In this document: piece after piece, positions 52,831 to 62,695 of the stretch
Position numbering within the stretch: position 1 is the first letter of the stretch
Layout: the number at the start of each line of letters is the position of its first letter
Source: Spirochaetota bacterium
GTDB lineage: Bacteria > Spirochaetota > UBA12135 > COTS27 > CBDBHE01
NCBI GenBank assembly: GCA_965205605.1
Contig: CBDBHE010000005.1
Coordinates: forward strand, 19,805-83,804
Direction: 5' to 3'
Length of the DNA stretch: 64,000 nucleotides
Position numbers and translations under genes: made by a program
Notes under the pieces: generated by a model
Databases searched by the model: none
What the model saw: only the letters and a program-made list of their open reading frames with translations
What the model was told of the DNA's origin: nothing

Positions 52831-54636
52831 TTAGCTTTTATTAATAAGAATATGAACAATTTTATAAACTTCTTTATAAAAAGCATATTTTCTCAAAAAC
52901 TCATTTTCAAAAACATGATGCTTTTGATAACTAGACAAATAATAAAAAGACTTTTCTAAATAAACAGCCTTTTTAATCATTCTTTTAATTTGTCTTTCTA
53001 AATTTTCTAAAAGATCTAGCTGCTTTTTTTCCAAAGAAAAAAGATACAAATAAATTAATTTGTTCAGTTTTGTGAGTTGCTCTTTTAACTGATCCATTTT
53101 TAAAGTCAATTCTTTTTCATCAGTAAAAAAGTTTATTGATTCTAAAACTTTTTTTTCTTTGGTTTCAAATACACTTGTTCTACTTTCCTGATTAAAAGAC
53201 ACCCCTTCAATTTTCAAACCTCTAGGGGAATAATTATTAAAAATAATGGCTTTATTTTGTCTAATACAGTCTTCTAACTCTTTTCGATAAAGCAAAAGTA
53301 AATGCTCTACTTGATTAACTTCTCCATTAATATTTTTTTCAAATCCTGTACTACGGGCAAAAGCATAAGAAGATTCTTGAGCAGTAATGGGAAAAAGCCT
53401 ATTAGAACGTTTATAAAAATACTGTCTGTGAGTTGTGGATTCACAATGAGAGTATCCAAAAGGCAAGCTCAAATCCAAACCTAAAAAAGAGAACTGGTTA
53501 AAACCCATATACAATCCTATCTTAACACCAAGATTAAAAATAGATCTTTGAGGGAAAATTACATTTTGTTTAAACTTATAATCAAATAAAGTATCCAATA
53601 ATATTTTTCCACTTGAAGTTTTTTCTAAACCACCATCAAGCCCAAAAAGAAAAGTACTTCCTTTAAAACGACGTAAAATAGATGGGTAAACAGAAAACTC
53701 AGCAATTAAACTACATGCTTTAGGGGGAAGTATGGAAAAATCAAGTGAATTATAATAACCACTATCTAAAGAAATAACAAAATCAGGCACACAGCCTTGA
53801 AGTAATAAAGGTCTTAAAGCGGTATCACAACAAAGAATGATGATTTTTTTTTGTTGAAACTCTTTAAGTCGTTTGATTTCGTCATAAAGAGAAGGCCCCG
53901 CTGCCACAAGAACACATCCTTGATTTAAAAAAGCATTTTTTAAATGACTAAGAGGACTACTTTTTTTAAGATAATTAAGATTGATCATTGAGTTTTTCAA
54001 CCATTGCTTTTCAAAATAAAGCTGTGTTAAAACTTCTGAAAACCAACTTTTCACACCTTGCTCAAGGCTTTGATAAGTGGTTTTTAAAAATAAAGAAGAT
54101 GGAAAAAGATGCAGATTATTAATAAAAAGCACCCCTGTTATATTTTGAAGATCTAAGATTTGTTTTAAAATTTGATTTGATGCTTCAAAAATAAGGTAAA
54201 CTTTTTTCTTACTCTTTTTCAAAAAAGAAAGATCTCTTGAAAAAAAACAATTTAAAAAGATAAGAGGAGAGTCATAAATCAAAAAAACTTTAAGCTCTTT
54301 TACTCTTTTTACTGTATCTTGACTTAAGAGCAATTCAAGTTGGTATAAAAAATCAGCCCCTATAATAAAAATTCGATTTTGGTGATTAAAAGAAATAAGT
54401 TTATTTTTTTTTTCAGCTTCTTTTATAGGATTGATTTGAGAATGCAAAAAACGTCCTTGATGTTGATAACTAACATAACCATTTTTAGAAATATCAACAG
54501 AAGGATGAAAACTAGAGTTTTCTTCTAAAAGATATAAAGCTGTTTTTTTACAAGAAGAATCAAGATATTCAATATTTTTTAAAAAAGTTTCTTTGGAAAA
54601 AAAATTTGAAGAAAGAGCCTTACTTACTTGAGACAT
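52831..54636 (-). CDS. DUF115 / Maf-type (motility-associated factor, MptE-like) protein
   Basis: LHSQINPIKEA, AAGPSL, CDTA, PDFVISLD, GLDLS...SH. Confidence 0.75.
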   Translation of the reverse strand: MSQVSKALSSNFFSKETFLKNIEYLDSSCKKTALYLLEENSSFHPSVDISKNGYVSYQHQGRFLHSQINPIKEAEKKNKLISFNHQNRIFIIGADFLYQLELLLSQDTVKRVKELKVFLIYDSPLIFLNCFFSRDLSFLKKSKKKVYLIFEASNQILKQILDLQNITGVLFINNLHLFPSSLFLKTTYQSLEQGVKSWFSEVLTQLYFEKQWLKNSMINLNYLKKSSPLSHLKNAFLNQGCVLVAAGPSLYDEIKRLKEFQQKKIIILCCDTALRPLLLQGCVPDFVISLDSGYYNSLDFSILPPKACSLIAEFSVYPSILRRFKGSTFLFGLDGGLEKTSSGKILLDTLFDYKFKQNVIFPQRSIFNLGVKIGLYMGFNQFSFLGLDLSLPFGYSHCESTTHRQYFYKRSNRLFPITAQESSYAFARSTGFEKNINGEVNQVEHLLLLYRKELEDCIRQNKAIIFNNYSPRGLKIEGVSFNQESRTSVFETKEKKVLESINFFTDEKELTLKMDQLKEQLTKLNKLIYLYLFSLEKKQLDLLENLERQIKRMIKKAVYLEKSFYYLSSYQKHHVFENEFLRKYAFYKEVYKIVHILINKS

Positions 54637-55810
54637 CTTGGTCTAAGTAAGAAACAACTTTTGCTTTTTTATAAAGATGAGTTTGAAAAGCTTGAGTGAC
54701 TCTTTGTTTTTTTTCTTTCAACAGTTCATCTTTCATATTTTTTGATTGGCGTAAACTAATCTTTTTTCTTCTCTGAACAAGTGGGTAAGCGATGAGCACA
54801 GAAGAAGATGTTTCTAAAACTTGAGTTGGCAACTTAATGCCCACTGAAAACAAATTACCTATAACACGAGGAAAGTCTTCAATCGATAAAGCGTTACCAT
54901 TTTTAGTATAAAGCTCAGTAGCATCGATATTAAAAAAATCTGTTTCAACAACACGAAAACCTAACTTAGTACAACTAGTGAAAAAATTATTTTTAAACTT
55001 ATCTGTTTTTAAAGTATTTTGTATGCTTTGCAAAAATTGACTTTTAAGTCTAGTAAGGATGTCTAATTTATTTTTTTCATAGTAATCCAAAAAAACTTTA
55101 GATTTAGCTATTTTATAAGATTGGTTAGAATAAATTTGTTTATTTTGATTATAAAAACTGACAAGATCTTTTTCTGAGATATTTTTTTTAGCTTCTTGAC
55201 TAAAGTCTTTAGTAGCAATAATAGCTTTACGTTCAACTTCCCTGTCTGTGATTTTTTTTGATGATTCTAAATGATGAACTGGAACAAACGAAAATAACAT
55301 ATAATCAAGATAACCTCTTTGAAGAGCTTTTTTAGTAGATACTTCTAATTTTTTTTTAATATTAAAATCACCTTCTGTTTTGAAACGATTATAAGCTGCT
55401 TGATTAAAAACACCCGTTTTAGAATCAACAAAGTATCTCCCCTTAATCATGCTAATAATGTCCTTGTTTTCAATATAAATAAAATGGTTTTTACTTTCAA
55501 TAAATAAAAGCTCATCAAAAACGGCCCGATTAAAAGCTTGTTGCATCAAAAAAGGGTCAAGATCTTTAGAAACTTCAACTCCTTGTTCTTGATAATAGTC
55601 TCTCATTTGCTGATAATGATTAAAAAAACTACTGCCTTTAGAAAAGGTAATCGCTTTTCCATTAATTTTACCAACAACTTGTTTTTTACGCCCCAACATC
55701 GCATCTGGAAAGCTAAAAGCAAAAATCATCAAAACTCCTATAAAAATGACGACAATTGTTACAAACGTTTTTTTAAAAAACTCAATTCTAAGAGTGATGG
55801 ATTTTTTCAT
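54620..55810 (-). CDS. SurA N-terminal/PpiD-like periplasmic chaperone
   Basis: N-terminal TM, VGKINGKAI, F.D..TG.FN..AY; no clear parvulin catalytic domain. Confidence 0.6.
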   Translation of the reverse strand: MKKSITLRIEFFKKTFVTIVVIFIGVLMIFAFSFPDAMLGRKKQVVGKINGKAITFSKGSSFFNHYQQMRDYYQEQGVEVSKDLDPFLMQQAFNRAVFDELLFIESKNHFIYIENKDIISMIKGRYFVDSKTGVFNQAAYNRFKTEGDFNIKKKLEVSTKKALQRGYLDYMLFSFVPVHHLESSKKITDREVERKAIIATKDFSQEAKKNISEKDLVSFYNQNKQIYSNQSYKIAKSKVFLDYYEKNKLDILTRLKSQFLQSIQNTLKTDKFKNNFFTSCTKLGFRVVETDFFNIDATELYTKNGNALSIEDFPRVIGNLFSVGIKLPTQVLETSSSVLIAYPLVQRRKKISLRQSKNMKDELLKEKKQRVTQAFQTHLYKKAKVVSYLDQDVSSK

Positions 55811-55847
55811 TAGTTAATTAAAAACAATCAATAATTTAGTCAAAAAT

Positions 55848-56192
55848 TTATGATTTAACTTTAAGGGCTGCTTTTCCTTTTCGATTTCTCAAATAATAAA
55901 GCTTTGCTCGCTTAGGCTTTCCTTTTTTAAGGACTTTAATTGCTTTCAAATTTGGAGAATGCAAAAAAACCACTTTTTCTACCCCAATACTATTATGAGA
56001 AAGTTTTCGTATACGCATACTTTTATTAATACCAATTCCTTTTTTAGCAATAACAATGCCTTCAAAATTTTGTAAACGCTCCCTTTTTCCCTCAATAACT
56101 CTTAAAGAAATAATAATAGTAGATCCAACATCTACTGTGATAGGTTCTTTTTTCATGTATTTAGATTCTATTTTTTTGATTAATGTATTCAT
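55848..56192 (-). CDS. rplS: 50S ribosomal protein L19
   Basis: EGKRERLQNFEGIVI, GVEK, RAKLYYLR. Confidence 0.96.
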   Translation of the reverse strand: MNTLIKKIESKYMKKEPITVDVGSTIIISLRVIEGKRERLQNFEGIVIAKKGIGINKSMRIRKLSHNSIGVEKVVFLHSPNLKAIKVLKKGKPKRAKLYYLRNRKGKAALKVKS

Positions 56193-56219
56193 CTCAAGCC
56201 TCCTTTTTTTACTGCATCA

Positions 56220-56951
56220 TCAAGCAACAAAATGATGTTCTTTCAAATACTCTTTTACTACATTTAAGTCATGATCACAAATAAAACGTTGTTTCCATAA
56301 GTCAGAGCGTTGTTTATAAGTATTAACCAATCGATTTTTTTCAAGCCATTTCAAGGTATTTTGATGATGACCACTGCATAAATCAAAAGGAACTTTTTCT
56401 TCATTAAAACAACTTGGTCTTGTATATTGATCATATTCTAATAAATTCTGTTCAAAAGATTCTTGATTAAGAGAGTTTTTATTACCGAGAAAACAATCAA
56501 GAGTTCTAACAACACTTTCCATTAAAACAAGACTAGCCGTCTCTCCCCCAGATAAAATATAATCTCCTATCGAAATTTCTTCATCAACATATTGATTAAT
56601 AAAACGCTGATCAACCCCTTCATAATGACCACAAATTAAAACTAATTTTTTCTTCTTACTTAAAAGAGACACTTTTTCTTGATCTAATTTTTTTCCTCGA
56701 GGAGAGAAAAAAATCGTGTGAGACTGACTTGTTGTTTCGTAGGCTTTTTTTAAAACAGGAGCTTTTAAAAGCATCCCAGCAAGTCCTCCGTAAGGCATCT
56801 CATCCACTCGCTTCGTTTTTCCTTCCCCATAAAGCCTAATATCAACTAATTGATGACGAAAAATATTGTTCTCAATTGCTTTTTGAATCAATCCTGTACT
56901 AAAAAAAGATTCAAAAAATTTAGGGAATAAAGTTAAAACCTCAAAAGTCAT
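56220..56951 (-). CDS. trmD: tRNA (guanine-N1)-methyltransferase
   Basis: LTLFP, PYGG..GM, SPRG, CGHYEGVDQR, SIGDYILSGGE, YTRP. Confidence 0.95.
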   Translation of the reverse strand: MTFEVLTLFPKFFESFFSTGLIQKAIENNIFRHQLVDIRLYGEGKTKRVDEMPYGGLAGMLLKAPVLKKAYETTSQSHTIFFSPRGKKLDQEKVSLLSKKKKLVLICGHYEGVDQRFINQYVDEEISIGDYILSGGETASLVLMESVVRTLDCFLGNKNSLNQESFEQNLLEYDQYTRPSCFNEEKVPFDLCSGHHQNTLKWLEKNRLVNTYKQRSDLWKQRFICDHDLNVVKEYLKEHHFVA

Positions 56952-56964
56952 TTAGTATTCTCCT

Positions 56965-57525
56965 CTAATTTAAATTTAAAAACAAATCCTTATTCTTCAA
57001 AACAAGTTTCTTTTTATCAGCTTCTTTAAAAGAGAAGTATTGCAAATCACGTGGAACAAGTATTTTTTTTTGACTCTCATAAAGATGAATTTGGAAAATC
57101 CCACATCCGCCCGCTTGACTATCATAGTCATCAACAACTCCAAGTAAGCTTCCTTCTTTTTGACAAAAGACTTCATACCCAATTAAAGCCAAAGAAAAAC
57201 AATGAGGGTTTAAATTCTTTAAAGCCATTTTTTTTTCAATTTTTAAATTTTTTTGCTTCAGCTCATTTGCCAAATCAATGCAGTCAATCTCTCCTAATTT
57301 AAAAACAAAATGCTTATTTAATTTTTTAATATTTTGTAAAAAATACAGTTTCTCATCGATCCAAAAAGTCTTAAAAGAAAGCCAAAAAGAAATTTCACTT
57401 TTGAAGTAAGGAAAAACCCTTATTTCTCCTTTAAGACCATGAGGTCTACCTATTTTTGCGATTGTAATTTTTTCTAAGACCTGACTCTTTTTGAGTCTTT
57501 CATTCTTTTTCTTTATTAGGCACAT
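56965..57525 (-). CDS. rimM: 16S rRNA processing protein RimM (start uncertain)
   Basis: IAKIGRPHGLKGE, LIGYEV; conserved rpsP-khpA-rimM-trmD-rplS order. Confidence 0.85.
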   Translation of the reverse strand: MCLIKKKNERLKKSQVLEKITIAKIGRPHGLKGEIRVFPYFKSEISFWLSFKTFWIDEKLYFLQNIKKLNKHFVFKLGEIDCIDLANELKQKNLKIEKKMALKNLNPHCFSLALIGYEVFCQKEGSLLGVVDDYDSQAGGCGIFQIHLYESQKKILVPRDLQYFSFKEADKKKLVLKNKDLFLNLN

Positions 57526-57751
57526 CTAAAACCCAACGCTTGCCTGATTCTCTACCAACAATACCAAGAAGAGTTCTAATAGAATTAACAACTTTTCCCT
57601 TCTTACCAATAATTTTACCATAATCATTGATATCAGCCTTAATTTCTAAGACGTTTGTTTTTTCCCCTTCAATTAAGTTGATATCAACTACTTCTGGCTT
57701 ATCTACAAGTTTTTTAACAATAAATTCAACAAAATCTCTCTCTTCAGTCAT
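57500..57751 (-). CDS. khpA: KH-domain RNA-binding protein
   Basis: LVDKPE, DYGKIIGKKG...SIRTL; lies between rpsP and rimM. Confidence 0.9.
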   Translation of the reverse strand: MTEERDFVEFIVKKLVDKPEVVDINLIEGEKTNVLEIKADINDYGKIIGKKGKVVNSIRTLLGIVGRESGKRWVLDVPNKEKE

Positions 57752-57804
57752 AGCAAAATTCTCCTCTTAAAAAAATAAATTACCCGTTAACTATAACGTA
57801 TATT

Positions 57805-58332
57805 TTAATCATTTTTTTCTTTAGTTTTTCTTTTTTCTTTAGTTTCAACTTCTTTTTGATTTTCTTTTAATATAGTTACTTCCTTTGCCTTTAGATTTTC
57901 ATTATTTCCAGAGACTGCTCTCTGACTGGTTTCTTTTTTCTTTTCTACTTGTTTTTTTTTAGCTTCCCCTTCTTTTTTTTTTTTAGCATCCTCTTGCCGC
58001 TTTTTAATCTTATCTTTTAAAGAATGATACCTAGATTTTCTATTTTTTTTAATTCCTGCCTTCTTGTTTTTAGAGCTTAATTCTTTTAAAAGACCTTCTT
58101 TAGTCAATAATTTTTTAACTATCTCACTTAATTGAGCCCCTCTATTAATCCACTTAACAATAAGATCTTTTTTAAGATTATAAGAAAATTGGTCTTTTTT
58201 ACTAATTGGATCATAAACACCAACATTTTCTATATACTTGCCATCTCTTGATTTTTTTTCATCTATAACAACGATCCGGTAATAAGGAAGTTTCTTTCTT
58301 CCTTTTCTAAGTGCTCTAATTTTCAAAGCCAA
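57805..58332 (-). CDS. rpsP: 30S ribosomal protein S16 with long Lys/Glu-rich tail
   Basis: PYYRIVV.D..SRDGKYIENVGVYDP, W..RGAQ.S; TTG start with AAGGAG RBS. Confidence 0.93.
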   Translation of the reverse strand: MALKIRALRKGRKKLPYYRIVVIDEKKSRDGKYIENVGVYDPISKKDQFSYNLKKDLIVKWINRGAQLSEIVKKLLTKEGLLKELSSKNKKAGIKKNRKSRYHSLKDKIKKRQEDAKKKKEGEAKKKQVEKKKETSQRAVSGNNENLKAKEVTILKENQKEVETKEKRKTKEKND

Positions 58333-58350
58333 TTTTTAACTCCTTTGCTT

Positions 58351-59724
58351 TCAGTGAAACTTCTCTAAAGTCTTAAGATCAACATCACTACCAAATTTTT
58401 TCTTTAAAAATTGATTTATTTTAGCAGGATTTTTCATTTTTTTCATTAGACTTTTCATTTCATTAAATTTTTTAATCAAATCATTAACATCCACAATTGT
58501 CTTCCCACAACCATAAGCAATTCTTTTTTTCCGACTTCCATTAATAATAAAAGATTTTCGCCTTTCTTTTAAAGTCATCGATTGAATAATTGCTTTCATT
58601 CCATTAAACTTAGATTCATCAACATTAGCGTCATTCACTTTATTCCCAATACCTGGCAAATACCCCAAAATATTTTTAATAGAACCCATCTTATTCATTT
58701 GCTCCAATTGATCCAAAAAATCTTGTAAATCAAATTTATTATGAGCAATTTTTTTAGCTAGAACCTCACTTTTTTCTTTATCTAAATGCTTTTCTACTTT
58801 ATTAACAAGCCCTACAACATCACCTTTTCCTAAAATACGATCAGCAATCCTTAACGCATCAAACTCATCTAAATCCGATACTTTTTCTCCAAAAGCAATA
58901 AACTTAATGGGAGCTCCAACAACATATTGAGTCGATAAAATAGCCCCCCCCCTACTATCAGAATCCATTTTAGAAAAAATAAGAGAACTAATTTTAACAA
59001 CTTCCTTAAAAGCAAGAGCTACTTCAAGAGCTTGTTGACCCAACATCGCATCACAAACTAAAATGGTTTCACAAGGATTGATTTCCTTAGAGCACAATTT
59101 TAGTTCATTTAACATTTCTTTATCTACTTGAGTTCTACCTGCTACGTCAAATAAAATGAGGTTCTTAATATTTTTTTTAGCATATTGTATGGCCCCTTTT
59201 ATGATTTTTTTGAGCTTCTTTTCATCCCCTCGATCATAGTACTCAACCCCAACACTTTCACTCAATTTTTGTAATTGCTCACTAGCAGCCGGACGATAAA
59301 TATCCAAAGAAACACAAAGAATATCTCTTTTGCTTTTATAATAATCAGCTATCTTAGCAACTGTACTCGTTTTCCCAGCTCCTTGAAGCCCACTAAACAA
59401 AACAGAACTAATTCGATTAGGTTCTAAAAGTAATAAACCTTTGTTTTTTTCATTAGTACCATCACTAAGAATTTTAACAAGTCTATCATGAACAATTTTA
59501 ATAAACATTTCAGCTGGAGAAATAGATTCTATCAGCTTTGTTCCAATTGCTTTTTCTTTAAGACCTTCAATAAAAGCCTTTACCACTTTTAAATTAACAT
59601 TCGCTTCTAACAAAGCAAGACGAATTTGTCGTATCCCATCTTCCAAATTTTTTTCTGTTAGTTTCTTTCCAAAACTCAAATTTTGAAAAACATGAGCGAA
59701 TTTTTCTGTTAAATTTTCAAGCAT
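58351..59724 (-). CDS. ffh: Signal recognition particle protein
   Basis: ALLEANV, GLQGAGK, DIYRPAA, GGAILS, RILG.GDV, M-domain IIQSMT..ER. Confidence 0.95.
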   Translation of the reverse strand: MLENLTEKFAHVFQNLSFGKKLTEKNLEDGIRQIRLALLEANVNLKVVKAFIEGLKEKAIGTKLIESISPAEMFIKIVHDRLVKILSDGTNEKNKGLLLLEPNRISSVLFSGLQGAGKTSTVAKIADYYKSKRDILCVSLDIYRPAASEQLQKLSESVGVEYYDRGDEKKLKKIIKGAIQYAKKNIKNLILFDVAGRTQVDKEMLNELKLCSKEINPCETILVCDAMLGQQALEVALAFKEVVKISSLIFSKMDSDSRGGAILSTQYVVGAPIKFIAFGEKVSDLDEFDALRIADRILGKGDVVGLVNKVEKHLDKEKSEVLAKKIAHNKFDLQDFLDQLEQMNKMGSIKNILGYLPGIGNKVNDANVDESKFNGMKAIIQSMTLKERRKSFIINGSRKKRIAYGCGKTIVDVNDLIKKFNEMKSLMKKMKNPAKINQFLKKKFGSDVDLKTLEKFH

Positions 59725-59836
59725 AACAAGCTCACATTATAACTTTGTTTATCAAACAAAGCAAAATCTTTTCACCCATCTATTATCAAAAAGAGAAAAA
59801 TTTTTACCCCTTGTTAAATAAAGAACAATGTTTTTT

Positions 59837-61687
59837 TTAATAAGAAAAACAAGAACGATCAAAAAATCGAGATAATTCATCGAAAGTGATTTTTTTTATA
59901 AAAGGCCTTCCATGAGGACAGGTTTCAATGAAGTTTTTGTCATAAAGCGATTTAATTAAAGACTGCATCTGTCCCTCACTTAAACTATCTCCTGCCATAA
60001 TAGACATCCGACAAGCGATTGTTGAAATTAATTTTTCAAGAAGATCGGTTATAGAAAGGTATTTGTTTTCAAAAAAAAGATCAATGATTTGACTAACTAA
60101 TTTTTCTTCTTTCCCTTTAGGGAAAAAAGCAGGGATCATTTCAACTTGGACACATTTTTTATTGACTCTTTCTAATTTGAGCTTCAATCGATTTAAAAAT
60201 TCCTCATTCTCAACTAAAAAATCAATAACCATTTCATCTTTTTCAATCACAATTGGAGTTAAAAGAAATTGTTGATCTTTTTTATTATCTTCAATTTTTT
60301 TTTTAAGTTCATCAAAATTTCTCCTTTCATCTGCTGCATGTTGATCCACAACAAAAAAATCTTTTCCATTTGAAAAAAGAATATACACTTTACCAATTTG
60401 ACCTAAAATAATAAAATCCTTTTTCTCATCAAGATGAAACTCTAAGTTTTGCTGCTTAAAGTTAGATTTTTTTGAAATTGTTTTCTGTTCAAGAGAAGCA
60501 AAATAATTTTTTTGTTCTTTTTTACCCTCATAACTTTTTGACAAAGAATCAATTGATTTAAAATTTTCTGCTTGAAACTCAAAGCTTTCAGGCTCTTTTT
60601 CCAAAGAAGCTGACAAAACATCAGAAGTAAAATTAGATGATAAAGGAGAAAAATCTTCTTTTTTATTTTTCATCACTGAATCATAAAGTGTTTTTTTCAC
60701 GGTTTTGTAAATAGATGAATACACCTCTCTTTCTTGTTTGAATTTAACTTCTTTTTTAGAAGGATGCACATTAATATCAACAAAATAAGGGGGGAAATTA
60801 AACGTTAGAAAACAAGATCCAAAACTTTTTGAAGGAAGTAAATTAAGATAAGCCGCATTGTAAGATTGAAGCAACGTTTTATTGATAACCTGTCTTCCTT
60901 TAATAAAAAAAAATTGATTTTTTCTATTTTTCCCTTTTTGATAAACCGTTGAAGAAATATAACCCGTTAATTTAATTTCGTTGATAGTTTCATTAACTTC
61001 CAAAAGAGAGCCCACTAAAAATTGACTAAAAAAAAGTGAAATACGATCTTTTAAAGTATCCTCTTTTTTAACAACACGTTCTTCAGTTTCTTTCCCACTT
61101 TCTACAACAAGGTAGTGAAAAGAAACTTCTTGGGCAGCGAGAGCTTGCCTAATAATTTGGTTTTTGATTTCCATTTTTTCAAAAGATTGTCTTTTTAAGA
61201 ATTTTTTTCGAACAGGTGTGTTGTAAAAGATTTGACTAATTTCAATTTGAGTGCCTTTTTTACAAGAAATTATTTTACGATCAACTCTCTTTCCTCCTTG
61301 AAGGCAAAGCTCTACTCCCTCTCCAAAATCATTAGTACAAGTGGTGATTTTTACAAAAGCAACCGAAGCAATTGAAGCCAAAGCTTCTCCTCTAAAGCCC
61401 AAAGAAGACAAAGAATAAATATCTTCTAAGGTTTCAATTTTTGAAGTCGAATGTCGTTTAAAAGCGATTTCTAAATCATCTGGATTAATCCCACTTCCAT
61501 TATCTCTAATGAGAATTTTAAACTCCCCTTCTGAATCAATTGCTAGTTTGATAAAAATAAAATCCGAACCGGCATCAATACTATTATCAATTAATTCCCT
61601 TACAATACAAGACGGTCTTTCAATAATCTCTCCGGCTGCAATTTGATCAGCTACAAAAGAGGAAAGTAATTTGATTTTTTTCAACAA
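59837..61687 (-). CDS. mutL: DNA mismatch repair protein MutL
   Basis: IAAGEIIERP, NSIDAG, GFRGEALASI, DINVHPSK, DQHAADER, ACR, CPHGRP. Confidence 0.96.
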   Translation of the reverse strand: MLKKIKLLSSFVADQIAAGEIIERPSCIVRELIDNSIDAGSDFIFIKLAIDSEGEFKILIRDNGSGINPDDLEIAFKRHSTSKIETLEDIYSLSSLGFRGEALASIASVAFVKITTCTNDFGEGVELCLQGGKRVDRKIISCKKGTQIEISQIFYNTPVRKKFLKRQSFEKMEIKNQIIRQALAAQEVSFHYLVVESGKETEERVVKKEDTLKDRISLFFSQFLVGSLLEVNETINEIKLTGYISSTVYQKGKNRKNQFFFIKGRQVINKTLLQSYNAAYLNLLPSKSFGSCFLTFNFPPYFVDINVHPSKKEVKFKQEREVYSSIYKTVKKTLYDSVMKNKKEDFSPLSSNFTSDVLSASLEKEPESFEFQAENFKSIDSLSKSYEGKKEQKNYFASLEQKTISKKSNFKQQNLEFHLDEKKDFIILGQIGKVYILFSNGKDFFVVDQHAADERRNFDELKKKIEDNKKDQQFLLTPIVIEKDEMVIDFLVENEEFLNRLKLKLERVNKKCVQVEMIPAFFPKGKEEKLVSQIIDLFFENKYLSITDLLEKLISTIACRMSIMAGDSLSEGQMQSLIKSLYDKNFIETCPHGRPFIKKITFDELSRFFDRSCFSY

Positions 61688-61768
61688 GTTGTTTTTTACG
61701 TTATAATAATGTTTAATAAAAATATCCTAACATCGCTTTAAAGCAAATACTTCAAAAAAGAACAAAAG

Positions 61769-62695
61769 ATGAAAAAGAAAAAAATACTTATTTTTTTTTT
61801 CTTTTTTTTTACCTATCATACAAATGTTTTTTCTATACCTGATGGTGTCTCTTTAAAAACCAAAGTATCTAAAACTAATCTAAACATCGCAGATACCTTT
61901 TTTTATACTTTTACAATTACTTATCCTAAAAATATCAAAGCATCAAAACCTAGTATCCATACTAACTTAGGGGAATTTTTAATCAAAGACTATCAATTTA
62001 AAAAAAAAGAAATTTCCAATAACTTTATTACAGAAGAAATAAAATACCTGCTTACCATTTATCAAGTAGGGACCTTTTCTTTACCCTCTCCGGTCATTAA
62101 GTTGAAAAAAGGACCCGTCTTTAAAGAAGTAAAAGCTGCCTCCATTACCATCTCTGTCAAAAGTCTCTTAAAAGGAAAAGAAACCATCGCTCCAATAAAA
62201 CCTATTATTAGCTTAAACAATCCTTTTTCTATCTTTAAAATTATTAGTTTTATTTTTATAATATTACTACTGTTAGTTGGGGTTTATTATGCTTTTTTTT
62301 CTAAGGAAAAACATAAAAATCAAAAAAGACTCCCTTTTGAAGAAAGCTATTTTCAAATAAAAGTCCTACTAAAAAAAAAATGGATCGAACAAAAAAAATA
62401 CAAGCCTTTTTATTATACTTTTTCAAAAATTATCAAAAATTATTTAGAAACTACTTATTTAATTCCGGCAACTAAAATGTCTACGAACCAACTCAAAAAA
62501 GCAGTTAAAGCCCATCATCTTGAAAATGCTCTTTTTTATATCGAAGTTTTAGAATATGCTGATTTAGTTAAATTTTCTCTTTTTAGCCCCGATAACAAAA
62601 AAACATTTCTTTTATTAAAAACTTTTACAATGATTTTAGACAAAACTAGAGAACAAATCAAAATGGAAAGAAATTTTTCAAAGAAAAAAACATGA
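61769..62695 (+). CDS. Bat-operon membrane protein (BatD-like/Ig-fold + TM)
   Basis: Signal peptide, beta-rich domain, single TM, AT.MST...ADLVKF tail typical of the gene preceding batA; overlaps the batA start. Confidence 0.65.
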   Translation: MKKKKILIFFFFFFTYHTNVFSIPDGVSLKTKVSKTNLNIADTFFYTFTITYPKNIKASKPSIHTNLGEFLIKDYQFKKKEISNNFITEEIKYLLTIYQVGTFSLPSPVIKLKKGPVFKEVKAASITISVKSLLKGKETIAPIKPIISLNNPFSIFKIISFIFIILLLLVGVYYAFFSKEKHKNQKRLPFEESYFQIKVLLKKKWIEQKKYKPFYYTFSKIIKNYLETTYLIPATKMSTNQLKKAVKAHHLENALFYIEVLEYADLVKFSLFSPDNKKTFLLLKTFTMILDKTREQIKMERNFSKKKT

